A stretch of DNA of 64,000 nucleotides from a virus, in the IMG/VR virus record IMGVR_UViG_3300045988_121141, positions 1 to 64,000 of that record. One strand, given 5' to 3'. Under the pieces are notes generated by a model. The model ran no database searches. It was not told the DNA's origin and saw only the letters and a program-made list of their open reading frames with translations. Made by a program: the position numbers and the translations under genes. Positions 30,601 through 38,308 of this stretch are shown piece after piece (within the stretch, counting starts at the first letter, position 1; each line of letters starts with the position of its first letter).

Positions 30601-31023
30601 AATACTTGACGGAACCATAGCATCCACCAACATAATATTATCACCCAGATCTTGGCTGTAGAATCCAAAGCCCGATTCTCGGATTTCATAAGGTGCATCT
30701 GATTTTGACACAAGAACAGGATTACTCATCTTAGAAGCCTTATCCAGCACCCTTTCTCTATAGGCTTCCGGAATAAGATCGATGTTGGATTTTACCTTAT
30801 TATAAGCCGGTTTGTTGATAGGCACTCTCTTTCTCCAGTCGCCAAAAGCCTTTAAGAACTTATTAGAAAATACGGTTTTAAAAACAGTAGTAGCCCGCTC
30901 CCTATTTTCCATAAGAGGAATAGATGCTATTTTATCAAACAACATAGACCTGTCCCCTGATCTGGTAGAGACAGAAACAACTTTCTTTTTATTATCTCTT
31001 TTAATAATACACGTTGATACCAT
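24610..31023 (-). CDS. giant virion/ejection-associated protein (2137 aa), function unknown
   Basis: Uninterrupted 6.4 kb ORF; TAccTTTG promoter-like box about 30 nt upstream. Confidence 0.8.
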   Translation of the reverse strand: MVSTCIIKRDNKKKVVSVSTRSGDRSMLFDKIASIPLMENRERATTVFKTVFSNKFLKAFGDWRKRVPINKPAYNKVKSNIDLIPEAYRERVLDKASKMSNPVLVSKSDAPYEIRESGFGFYSQDLGDNIMLVDAMVPSSISVPEGPGIDAGQYLQDAISSDFTPVSMVQDKGVNYMVIKDGLKIFSPEELPQTDSNPVGVTYQTGEPRLFFMSDRNQLFEDYGEALRSGGNDIRIGFLSGTVQESAWDGVADITYKAGRYVLNNPKSFIPVMTASASTSLSTKGGIINYLIKKGLLSGSKIFDPETRSYYLTGEGHTGQIRLFNSALSYTELRNHFGSDVSMNDQGMITISSLDNSKVTMRLATGGTERVSREQIKNDLKSGRYNELDAKYDHFDALVVSFILEDNDLYADTKAKIVSDYSRQERDQRNSIVEILKTLGVSVIGMTDYIEKYQTKYGHEPSAKALADIANNVIAVGEDATLSDLVEETAHFLVEAYRDQNAVEAVLQDVEGTEEWNQYAGQYYNTYGKVYEGAELDNAVRREILGKILAREMQTGTAQAPVEPTSFLGRVRQLFSGIVSWLKSALSTQRQDLNNVIKNIRDLAITDIDKGFDTSLLKDNDFTLYSLSSMNKNKFLESKIRSLRKTLRDLRQISSDRAVTTSMTLAQLKTIEDKINKVETEIDKNEMAAAMNSMISTAEAQVRYLSNVVNTILHGDTKDGKLHFNTNDRKNVDIINNQVLPIMNDLRGYIRNRSTEFDEREKQDYTNRINTVIADINGIQSDIKSVQDLDESTLLDKLMNELHVPADKVKRVKEFFDKVQHDVSWISRWFGILEHSSSPFNNALGAMIAKDNYNAMVNAQPAISDFLAYAKKHGFNKYEFEKLLQRVDGKTSNYLRSALDMAKYDRNKKLAQMRAFATAMNIEISEEEINDVVDNNRNYVFKREVVDKDGNTVTENAKFKPSSDRVNTDIFTIEQEKIYTEQMEKWDAENSELEFSESYATRMESIYKKAEEELGHPVSQTTKEYLNALSRQKRILRQPFIDSGGNFDEVAYYKSSNYEEEGLLRKQRKEAASEYIYVGTRRVEKTGDQLKMAKEIQAINEVWRKESNNVTNAVSESFLERLRTIQRESGGEAALKTLMLGGHLSFNDRFWNDIESEQSARTESNNKASYLKMAHDIISSTTSDRDATDVDSIVKDIEKNKAIIKEIIGNNRDVADIGEINEATFTSSERDAFRAASEAIEADYAILIDYAKMVGLEDIDKYLTKSSKAENEVNQSYLNALADSKEIEWQFAQRHTTAKKAKRIQALRDKLFMAQDNRYMFTVSETNYLSEKLGIDKKLDRRDFRNAVRAKMSDIFGHDNGVAEVNDIVNEFARSQVFSYYKRMAPTGYAAMIDKIGRGEIDVAQMVKDVQNGTSTQDYGMDISYLSFDPARAWVAESEAENSGRNPDYVKDHGYGHRMPKKSLYRDESYFNDFGIKYDADGNEVATKNVEQWNMIQKLKEIKRQSLDLYKEQSPNLYAIPQISKQDIERIEGLGINFKNTVRNFVSDLCLDRVDDSLYGKTRQGEVYDPEDRLRSIPKYYIYELENQDDVSHDFGYSYSMLMMQSSLYNEKQKSIELAQGLEQMLLNKQFEGGKKAEATQAYQMFRDFFNDHYYGIRMNTKKLTVNIGGYTVDLTRIMMAVERFMSVMNLALSPFVAATGALTGHINLIMESAVGQYISKDSLKYASAEFSRLAPSCIAETGDIDRKSKLYVIGERMGIFNIRNRMYGAGYNRVARTLMRSPMYAFMEILNYPLDPQVMIATMDNVRYYKGRFYTFQDFKMEKERNKEQSTIKREWNALKDRTLWSMVDVVDGKVVVKPGSGVTVEEVETQMAITRNQVRSLSQICNGSLNEENRTAASRNWIARFMTAHRGWLVLAAQRLWKRRGFNFQTMQEEEGLSITLKNMIAKTFSLASESGMKNIIDAWNENKDNMNEVEKTNLKRLSVYAGTFLIMQAVSMLLAGWRDDDENEESWLTQFGSYVGFRTINEIASQMPFIMELNVVDIINDPFVMGRKLKDLTDLRNYSLDKVTSGTYKGESKLFRQLAKQTFIKQWYNIKTPEDVARAYNWWQQTNNKSMMFFIGATPDSEGDDDVSYK

Positions 31024-31071
31024 GATAAAACATTTTTGTTATGAGACAAAGGTAGTTAAAAATCAAGCATA

Positions 31072-31113
31072 TCATAAAAAATAAAGCCATCTAACTTCTC
31101 AGTCTGATGGCTT
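31072..31113 (-). terminator. intrinsic terminator (minus strand) upstream of giant gene
   Basis: aagccatc..gatggctt 8-bp stem followed on minus strand by TTTATTTTTT. Confidence 0.5.
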
Positions 31114-31165
31114 AAAAATGATATGAAAAAAAATTATAATCTGACGAAAAATCGTCAAGTTCAGC

Positions 31166-31489
31166 TTATATGTAATGCATGTACCCATCTCGGTGTATAA
31201 ACCTTCCCGATTCAAAGCGCTCAATATCTTCAGGGCAAATAGGGCCTGAATCCTCTCTCCTGGCTTCAAACCAAAGCCCCGGCTTACGAAGTCGGCAAGT
31301 TATGATATAATTGAAGCAATTGTGCGTAAAATGGAAAACAGATCCTACAGGGAAATACCTATCAGCTTGAAATACGATTCTTTTTCGTTTAGTATCAAAC
31401 GTGATATCTCCTACTATCTTAGCCACGTAATAGCTTCTGCCATTTAACGTTTCATCTGTTTGTGGTATCCAATAATAACCTCTTGCCAT
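31166..31489 (-). CDS. hypothetical protein (start revised to MARGYYWIP)
   Basis: Strong terminator hairpin lies inside the longer ORF-track version; ATG at 31489 follows the terminator U-tract. Confidence 0.45.
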   Translation of the reverse strand: MARGYYWIPQTDETLNGRSYYVAKIVGDITFDTKRKRIVFQADRYFPVGSVFHFTHNCFNYIITCRLRKPGLWFEARREDSGPICPEDIERFESGRFIHRDGYMHYI

Positions 31490-31534
31490 GCCACAAATAT
31501 ATAAAAAAAGTCGGACAAGACACATGTCCGACTT
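31490..31534 (-). terminator. intrinsic terminator (minus strand)
   Basis: aagtcggaca..tgtccgactt 10-bp stem followed by TTTTTTTTATATATTT on minus strand. Confidence 0.55.
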
Positions 31535-31698
31535 TATATTACTTTGATTCATTTTCAAACCGCTTTATAAGAGAAGCAATATCATCACCACAAACAAACA
31601 TCATTCGACGTTCTTCTTTTGGTTTATGAGACACTGGGATGGTTTTGTTTATCTTAATCTGATTCGCCAGACCTCTGCCTAAACGAATATCAACCTTT

Positions 31699-32016
31699 TT
31701 ACCTTTCATGAATTATTTGTTTAAACAGACCAATTCCATCTATTATAATATGACCGCTTTGCATACGACCATTATTAGGATTGTAAAGAAAATTGAAACC
31801 ACTTTCTTTTTCCTGTCTTTCAAAAGAACTGATATCCTTTCCTCTACGGGCTCTTTCAAAAGCTTTCTTGAACAACTTACCCCTGAAGGTCTTGACGAGG
31901 ATCTTGGTAGCGTTATTGCCGGCTTTTACCATTGCTTTCCTTGCCTGGTCCTCCGAGACAAAACTGCTTCGGAAAATATACGATGCTGCTGCTTGTATAT
32001 CTTGTTTAGTAATCAT
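31699..32016 (-). CDS. possible HU/IHF-like DNA-binding protein (105 aa)
   Basis: N-terminus MITKQDIQAAAS resembles HU MNKxELIxxIA; basic arm-like RGK region; weak. Confidence 0.35.
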   Translation of the reverse strand: MITKQDIQAAASYIFRSSFVSEDQARKAMVKAGNNATKILVKTFRGKLFKKAFERARRGKDISSFERQEKESGFNFLYNPNNGRMQSGHIIIDGIGLFKQIIHER

Positions 32017-32363
32017 ATGACAAACATTTCTTTCAAGATACTATTTTGTATGCTATATATCAATTTCATCCCATCTCTATCATATACGTCAAAAAAGGAT
32101 TCACTTAAGTTCTTTGGATTTACATTCAGTTGAATTATGCAATTACCGGTATAAACCTTAATTCCGTAATTATCAGAGTATATATCTTGCATAGTCTCAA
32201 ATGTCTCAATTAAATTTTCAACAAGGACTCTGTTAAATGAAAAAGGTTCTTTACCATTACCTTTAAATGTGATATGATCTAAATTTATGTTGTCAAATTC
32301 ATACTCTAACTGATTGCCGTCCATCATATCATAAGTGATTGACTTTTTGATTTTAAACCCCAT
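32013..32363 (-). CDS. hypothetical protein (116 aa)
   Basis: Coupled ORF. Confidence 0.4.
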   Translation of the reverse strand: MGFKIKKSITYDMMDGNQLEYEFDNINLDHITFKGNGKEPFSFNRVLVENLIETFETMQDIYSDNYGIKVYTGNCIIQLNVNPKNLSESFFDVYDRDGMKLIYSIQNSILKEMFVI

Positions 32364-32380
32364 GTTGTTTTGTTTTTTAG

Positions 32381-32686
32381 TTAATATAGATCTTCTGAAT
32401 ACAATTGTTCTCTAATGGCACTCCTATCTACTACCATTTCCTGATTATTGTTTCTAACAAGTTCAGATGCCTCCTCTCTTGTTAAAAACCGATTCTTGCT
32501 TGTCAAAAATCCTTGAACACTGCGGTTTTTATGGGCTATACCGTATGCCGCAAGTTGAGATAGTATAGAGGGGTGTCTCAATCCACAGAACACGGTACCG
32601 GATGGTATATTGGTGGGCTGATAGGGACGTTTCTTGTCGTCCTGTACCCAGATGGCCGCGCATATCACGATTTCTTTATTGCACAT
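32381..32686 (-). CDS. hypothetical protein (101 aa)
   Basis: ORF. Confidence 0.4.
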   Translation of the reverse strand: MCNKEIVICAAIWVQDDKKRPYQPTNIPSGTVFCGLRHPSILSQLAAYGIAHKNRSVQGFLTSKNRFLTREEASELVRNNNQEMVVDRSAIREQLYSEDLY

Positions 32687-32688
32687 GA

Positions 32689-32964
32689 CTATAAATTTAA
32701 TATTCCGTTTTTACCAATATGTTTCTTTTCTTCTTCAGTAGGCCATTCTTTCTTGAACTTACCATGCCACGTTCCAGGAACTACCACCACTTCGCCTCCC
32801 TTACTATATTCAATAGCGGCACATTCAGAACAAAGAGGCTTGCCTTCATATCCCTTTAGCGACTTATCGTAAATACGATTCTTACAAGGTCTTATAAGAG
32901 CCCAGTAATATGATGTGGCTGTATTATCTATACAGCCACATTTTGAACAAACAAACAAACTCAT
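32689..32964 (-). CDS. zinc-ribbon protein (91 aa)
   Basis: CSKCGC...CSEC. Confidence 0.4.
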   Translation of the reverse strand: MSLFVCSKCGCIDNTATSYYWALIRPCKNRIYDKSLKGYEGKPLCSECAAIEYSKGGEVVVVPGTWHGKFKKEWPTEEEKKHIGKNGILNL

Positions 32965-33839
32965 CCCGCAATCTCCCAGTCATTAGACATAATATCATGT
33001 TCGGTTGGATTCCAATTTGATGCTACTTTTTGACCTGTATCTACCATCAATATATTTACGTCAGATTCTACAATAAACATACAGATATACTTTTTACCCC
33101 AATCGATTCTTTTTATCTTACGACCTAATTTAAGCTGTTCTAAAGCCTGTTCGAATGTCATGCCACGACGAGGCAGTTTGAGATACTTTTCAAGTCTGTC
33201 GGCAGCTTCATTTGGTGTATGGCCATCGTATTCGAAAGCGGTTTCTCTTTCAGGAACATCAAACAAATCCCAGTATTTGCTTTCATAGTGATTAGATACC
33301 TGACCGGTAGGTAGGATCGCCATCACAATAAACCAATCATCAGAACCGAAGCATTTTTCTCCATCGCTGTGTCTCCTTGATTTGCAAACTTCAACCTGTC
33401 CGTTTCTGGCTAATAGATTAAAGAAGGCGGCGTTATACAACATGCGGTACCGATACAATTCATTGAAAGTATGGTATCCATCAGAGACTTCTCCCACGTC
33501 TACAGGCTTCTTGTTTTGAATACTACCCAAAATATTCTCTATATAGAGCTGTATTTTATACATACCCATTTCGGTGTGGCCGTATTTGTTCAAGATATTA
33601 TTGACATCGTATTGTATATTAAAATCTTTTTCAAATTCTACTTCAGGATGATTAGGATAGTAGTAATCTACTGATGCTTCTAACACGGACTTTACGTGTT
33701 CCATTACCCTCGTAGCATCATCATGTTTAAAAAAATGCTTAATTCTTTCAACGAATTTAATATCTTCGTTGATTGCTGATTCGAACTCTTCTTTTGTCAT
33801 CACTCTAATTACATCTTTTTTAAAATCGTCTAATCCCAT
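32961..33839 (-). CDS. two-domain protein with C-terminal DUF2829 (Tad2-like, anti-Thoeris family) domain
   Basis: C-terminal ~75 aa: MTFEQALEQLKLGRKIKRIDWGKKYICMFIV...SNWNPTEHDIMSNDWEIAG matches the DUF2829 pattern (F.EAL..LK.GKKV.R.GW......NxWxP...D.la.DWe). Confidence 0.5.
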   Translation of the reverse strand: MGLDDFKKDVIRVMTKEEFESAINEDIKFVERIKHFFKHDDATRVMEHVKSVLEASVDYYYPNHPEVEFEKDFNIQYDVNNILNKYGHTEMGMYKIQLYIENILGSIQNKKPVDVGEVSDGYHTFNELYRYRMLYNAAFFNLLARNGQVEVCKSRRHSDGEKCFGSDDWFIVMAILPTGQVSNHYESKYWDLFDVPERETAFEYDGHTPNEAADRLEKYLKLPRRGMTFEQALEQLKLGRKIKRIDWGKKYICMFIVESDVNILMVDTGQKVASNWNPTEHDIMSNDWEIAG

Positions 33840-33894
33840 GATTTATTTTAAATTAGTTGTTATTATACTTTTACATTTAAGATTAATGTTTTCA

Positions 33895-34110
33895 TTATTT
33901 TGGCAAAATATTCATATAACACGGCACATCTACTACGTCTCTTCTACGGATCCGCTTATCAAAATAAGAAACCATATAAGTATTTTTACCTTCGTGATCA
34001 GGTCTGGGATCGAAACATTCAAAAACGAATCTTGTTCTACCTTCAAGATGACCAAACATGAAAACAAATTCGCCACCGTATCTTTTATTAGCCAATTCTT
34101 CTACGGTCAT
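33895..34110 (-). CDS. hypothetical protein (71 aa)
   Basis: ORF. Confidence 0.35.
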   Translation of the reverse strand: MTVEELANKRYGGEFVFMFGHLEGRTRFVFECFDPRPDHEGKNTYMVSYFDKRIRRRDVVDVPCYMNILPK

Positions 34111-34334
34111 AATCTGTCCCCTCCTAATCCTGAATTGATGCTAACATACTTGACACGGACATCATTTCCACGTCCAAGCTGACCCCAGCCGGGCGATGGC
34201 GTTCCCTTAGCCGGAGCAGGGACAGCCCTAAGCCGAGACCAGTCCTGCTTTTGCCTCATGGCTTCAGCCTCTTTGTAATACCGGTTACACAGTTCTTGAT
34301 CTTCGTAACCAACGTAATCTTCCTTATTTTCCAT
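34107..34334 (-). CDS. hypothetical protein (75 aa)
   Basis: Coupled ORF. Confidence 0.35.
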   Translation of the reverse strand: MENKEDYVGYEDQELCNRYYKEAEAMRQKQDWSRLRAVPAPAKGTPSPGWGQLGRGNDVRVKYVSINSGLGGDRL

Positions 34335-34400
34335 AAAAAATACTTTTTCAACAAATGTACGACATTCATGAATTAATTAGATTTAAAATAAAACAATATG

Positions 34401-34439
34401 AATTAAAATAAAAACCCGATACGTTAAAATCGCATCGGG
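34401..34439 (-). terminator. intrinsic terminator (minus strand)
   Basis: cccgatgcg..cgtatcggg stem (with G-U) followed by TTTTTATTTT on minus strand. Confidence 0.5.
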
Positions 34440-34460
34440 CCTGGTATTGAAAAAACAGGT

Positions 34461-34637
34461 TCAGATCTTGGGTAAAGACTCGAGCCAATTTTTAACATCT
34501 TTATATTTAGGGTCTTTGTCTATTCTATCTTTCAGTTCATGCAATGCTGAGTCCATAACCGTATTCGGTACGCCAATCAACTCTCCTATTAAATACAATG
34601 GGGTTTTATTCGATTTAGATTCGTGTGCTATATTCAT
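34461..34637 (-). CDS. small protein (58 aa, MNIAHESKSNKTPLYLIGELIGVPNTVMDSALHELKDRIDKDPKYKDVKNWLESLPKI)
   Basis: Below ORF-track cutoff; same strand as neighbours; followed directly by the terminator above; competing plus-strand 84-aa ORF looks antisense/low-complexity. Confidence 0.35.
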   Translation of the reverse strand: MNIAHESKSNKTPLYLIGELIGVPNTVMDSALHELKDRIDKDPKYKDVKNWLESLPKI

Positions 34638-34800
34638 GTCAAAAAAAAGTTATGTGAAACAAACCGGCCACGGGTATTCTATTGCCCGCCGACCGGTATA
34701 ATATTTTTATTCTTTTTTTTCCAAACGGGAAAAACGGGAATGCGGGAATCATATTTTTTACTATGGCTCCCGCACCACCGGAAGGACCTGGATCTGGATC

Positions 34801-35094
34801 TCAGGTCAGATCCTTCCAGTTTATTTTTTCGCCGAGGTAATCTTGCACGGCAAGCCATCTTATAAAGGCTACTCCTTCGGGAGCATCCGGATCATCCAAA
34901 TACATTAACGTAGCTTTCACCAACTCGTTCTCACATTTGAAGACCTTCGGAAAACCATCCGAATAGTACATTGCAAAGACATATTGGACATCGCCCCATG
35001 TCGCTTTATCCGGCTTCTTCGCTCCGCACTTTTCAAAAATATCTTTTATTTCCGGCTGCTTCCAGATCCTCTTGGATCCATCGACGTTGACCAT
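34801..35094 (-). CDS. hypothetical protein (97 aa)
   Basis: ORF; in frame with upstream gene through a single TGA. Confidence 0.4.
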   Translation of the reverse strand: MVNVDGSKRIWKQPEIKDIFEKCGAKKPDKATWGDVQYVFAMYYSDGFPKVFKCENELVKATLMYLDDPDAPEGVAFIRWLAVQDYLGEKINWKDLT

Positions 35095-35187
35095 CTTCTT
35101 TACCGCCTCATCAGCAAGAGCATTAGAAAAATGGTAGCCGTAAGTATCTACATATTTCTGATAAGCTGGATCCTCTGCGTCTGCTCC

Positions 35188-35556
35188 TCAATAAGAACGA
35201 CCTCTGCCACGTCCGCGACCTCTACGCATCTGAGGTCCGTCACCGTAGTATCTGTCGTCTCCATAGTAATCGGTCGGGTAGGATTCGTAACCCATCCTCC
35301 GGTATTCCCGGTCCTCCATTTCATAACGACGTTCGCGCTCTTCGAGTCTTCTTTCCCTTTCTTCCAGCTCGTTTTCGCGTTCTTCCATTTCCTTCATCTT
35401 CTCATGCATACCGTAATGGTCGTAAATACCACCACCGTACCCCATGTACGTCCCATCAGAACGCCGGCTTCTGCCTCTGCCTCCACCTCGTCTGTCTTCT
35501 ATCTCGTCATATCCAGGATATTCTCTGTGTCCTGAATTTAAATCATATACTATCAT
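35188..35556 (-). CDS. RG/RGG-repeat, Tyr/Glu/Arg-rich low-complexity protein (122 aa)
   Basis: RRGGGRGRSRR...RERRLEERERRYE...RRGRGRGRGRSY. Confidence 0.45.
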   Translation of the reverse strand: MIVYDLNSGHREYPGYDEIEDRRGGGRGRSRRSDGTYMGYGGGIYDHYGMHEKMKEMEERENELEERERRLEERERRYEMEDREYRRMGYESYPTDYYGDDRYYGDGPQMRRGRGRGRGRSY

Positions 35557-35563
35557 ATTATAC

Positions 35564-36058
35564 TTATTTCAAACGTTCTACAATTAACTTCTTTAAATCT
35601 TCGAATGAATCAGTAAGGTCATTCACCTTATTTTCTATACCAGCTATTTTACGATCCTGCTCTCTCGTTTGTTTGAATGCCGGATTGATGTCTTCTAATA
35701 TAGATTCACAAGCCTCTATCTTGGCACGATGGGCATCTACGCTGTTTATTATGTCTTGACTGGTGTTTTTTATAGCATTCAGTTCGTTCATAATCGGATC
35801 TATGCTGGTAGATAATGTTATGCCCATAGCCTTAGCCACATTCTGGGATTCCGGGACCGTATAGGTCTTGGTTTCGCCAGTGAGCTCTACCGTCAGATCC
35901 ACCACGCGGGTCTGCATCGCCTGATACTGACCTGGCTGAGGAGGAAGATACCTGGGTTCGGATACGGCTACTACCTTTCCCAATTCGTATTTAGGTACTG
36001 TATTAGTATCAAGGGTATGTACCTGAAACCCTTTCTTCAAATCTGAAAACATGATCAA
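35564..36058 (-). CDS. hypothetical protein (164 aa)
   Basis: ORF. Confidence 0.45.
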   Translation of the reverse strand: MIMFSDLKKGFQVHTLDTNTVPKYELGKVVAVSEPRYLPPQPGQYQAMQTRVVDLTVELTGETKTYTVPESQNVAKAMGITLSTSIDPIMNELNAIKNTSQDIINSVDAHRAKIEACESILEDINPAFKQTREQDRKIAGIENKVNDLTDSFEDLKKLIVERLK

Positions 36059-36108
36059 AATATTAGTTAGGTGAAAATAGGGTGATGATCTCCATCACCC
36101 TACTGAAA

Positions 36109-36522
36109 TCATTTACCTGCTTTAACTTCAGACGCCTGGGCTGTTGTTGTCGGAACACAACAATCCATTAATCTTAACACGCCACGAACTTTATTGAAGT
36201 ACAGAAGGCGTTCTGTGCCATTTACCATAGCAGCACCCGTGACAGCTACGTTAATAGGGTTCACGACATTCACTCCCGTAACCGGGCAACAGGTGTCGGC
36301 TCCTACTGTTGAAACTGTGCTGTTTGCCGGGACCGCAATCTGTACCGGTAGAGCACTTCCGGCTGTGGGGACTACTTGCCTTATCTTAAGAAGGATAAGA
36401 CCCTCACACGGAAGGGCGATCCAAGCCCGTGGGTTAATACCGAAGACTGTATTTGTCGTACTGACAATAACATTCTTCGTAACCATCTCATACAACGATC
36501 CTATTTTAGAAACACAAGCCAT
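36109..36522 (-). CDS. Val/Thr-rich hypothetical protein (137 aa)
   Basis: ORF. Confidence 0.45.
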   Translation of the reverse strand: MACVSKIGSLYEMVTKNVIVSTTNTVFGINPRAWIALPCEGLILLKIRQVVPTAGSALPVQIAVPANSTVSTVGADTCCPVTGVNVVNPINVAVTGAAMVNGTERLLYFNKVRGVLRLMDCCVPTTTAQASEVKAGK

Positions 36523-36545
36523 ATTAGCCTCCTTTCTTAATAAAA

Positions 36546-37553
36546 TCAGACAGCAGCGTTGTTATTGCAACATCCGTTGTTACATCCACATCCGTTATTG
36601 CAGCAACCTCCTCCGAATACCTGTCCCCAAGTATAAGCCTGGTAAGGAGAACAAGAGGGGTAGGCCGGGACGGCCGTCGGACGTAATTGACCAACGATAT
36701 TCTGGGTTTGTTGCTGAGATAATGCCGAAGCTGTCAAAGCCGCTTTTTCTTCACGAAGTTGAGCAATAGTGTTCTGCATTTCCCTCATTTCCAACTGACA
36801 GAATTTGTCGTTGATCATGACGTTTTGAGCATCAAGTTTAGCAGACAAGATATTGAATTGGCTTGTAGCTTGCTCACGATTGTTATTCAGACCTTGGTTG
36901 AGACCGTTCTGCAAGATATTGGTTTGTTCCAACGTGCGAAGTTGGTTATCAAAACCTTGCTGAGTAATCATTCCCTGAGTCTGGCAAGTGCTTTGATTGA
37001 TCAACGAACTCAGATTGCAGCAGCAAGAGCTGATTTGATTTCCTATTTCACAACCTTGTTGTTGAACTGCGTTGATAACAGCCTGAGAAGTCATACCTAC
37101 CTGACCGGCTACTTTATCAATAGCACCCTGTACGTTGCAGATAGCACTCTGAAGTTGAGTAGTAGAACAGTTCAAAGCAGAAGCGATCTGATCTATGGCG
37201 CTACGATTACCTTGAATTGCTTGCATCAAAAGTTCACGACCGTAATCGTTATTCAACTGAGCCGGCAAACCATTGGCGCAACAATCACCGCCATTTCCAA
37301 AACCGTTACCGAAGCCGCGTCCACCCCACAGCCAGAACAAAACAATTATCCAGAGCCACCAACCGTTAGCCCCACCGAAACCGTCCTGGTTGTTACGACC
37401 GTTCATCAAAGCCGCCACCAGATTCGGATCCATTTTATTACCACCTATCAAATTAGCAAACATGCCGGGAATCATTGAAAGAAGACCGTTAGTGGCTGCA
37501 CCACCACCGTTAGCCCCGGCTCCATCTAAAAGGACGATTTTATCACCACCCAT
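36546..37553 (-). CDS. Gly/Asn/Gln/Cys-rich membrane-anchored protein (start taken at MGGDKIV)
   Basis: TM segment WWLWIIVLFWLW, Q/N-rich coiled region, C-terminal GGGCCNNGCGCNNGCCNNN tail. Confidence 0.5.
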   Translation of the reverse strand: MGGDKIVLLDGAGANGGGAATNGLLSMIPGMFANLIGGNKMDPNLVAALMNGRNNQDGFGGANGWWLWIIVLFWLWGGRGFGNGFGNGGDCCANGLPAQLNNDYGRELLMQAIQGNRSAIDQIASALNCSTTQLQSAICNVQGAIDKVAGQVGMTSQAVINAVQQQGCEIGNQISSCCCNLSSLINQSTCQTQGMITQQGFDNQLRTLEQTNILQNGLNQGLNNNREQATSQFNILSAKLDAQNVMINDKFCQLEMREMQNTIAQLREEKAALTASALSQQQTQNIVGQLRPTAVPAYPSCSPYQAYTWGQVFGGGCCNNGCGCNNGCCNNNAAV

Positions 37554-37697
37554 AATTTTATAGTATTTAATTGTTAAACATACGTGCATGAAGCACGTAA
37601 CAAAGATCATGATTGCAGGGTGGAACAAGGCTGAGTTTGTTTCCGATAAAATGGAAGGATTTTCAGTAAAAACGGAAATATAATATACAACAAGTAG

Positions 37698-37719
37698 TTT
37701 TCCCCATTTATGGGGAAAA
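37698..37719. terminator. hairpin ttttcccca-ttta-tggggaaaa in 680-nt non-coding region
   Basis: 9-bp perfect stem flanked by A/T runs. Confidence 0.4.
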
Positions 37720-38308
37720 ATTGATAATCAGCAACTTTCGCTTTTCCTTTTTTGGGTAAAGCGCTGTAAATCAAAACAGGATCCGCATCACTGCGAATCC
37801 TGCCTCAACTAATCTAAACTAAAATACCATGAAAAACTTTTCCCTACTAAAACTAAAGAACGAACAAATGTATGAAAATACATGCTTTTCACAAAGAATC
37901 CGTATCCTGTTCTTTGGTATGGTTAAGTACATGGGATATAGTTCTGATACTTAATCCGGTTTGATTTTGTATCAGATTATAAATATAGGATTTTGAAACT
38001 ACAGTTCTTAATTGACCTAAATCATTCATAATGTTTTTATACATAAGATGAATGCTGTTGTTACGTTTGATGGTACTGATTCTCATTTCCTACTGTTATT
38101 AGTTACGTTCGGTTCTTACTTTTTCCTTATTTCCATAATCCCTTCCTGAAACTAATATTGCAAACTTAATAAAAATAATTCATAAACAATGAAAATCTAA
38201 CTTTTCTTGTATGTTATTGATATACGTACATATATAAGAAAAGTGAGACTTTCACAAGCCTCACTTCCCAAATTATAACTATGAAAAAACTATATATATG
38301 TACAAAAA

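Noticed and set aside
34447-34701. Plus-strand 84-aa ORF in the 34335-34800 gap
   Set aside because: Opposite to all neighbours, Ser/Leu-rich; the minus-strand 58-aa ORF followed by a terminator explains the region better.
35188-35190. Genome-wide stop-codon reassignment (TGA or TAG recoding as in some crAss-like phages)
   Set aside because: The giant genes are intact under the standard code, so there is no general recoding; only the single in-frame TGA is noted as a finding.
36194-37563. Plus-strand ORFs 36194..36769, 36759..37478, 37273..37563 (Pro/Leu-rich)
   Set aside because: Antisense to the 137-aa and 360-aa minus-strand genes; proline-rich translations come from the GGN-rich opposite strand.
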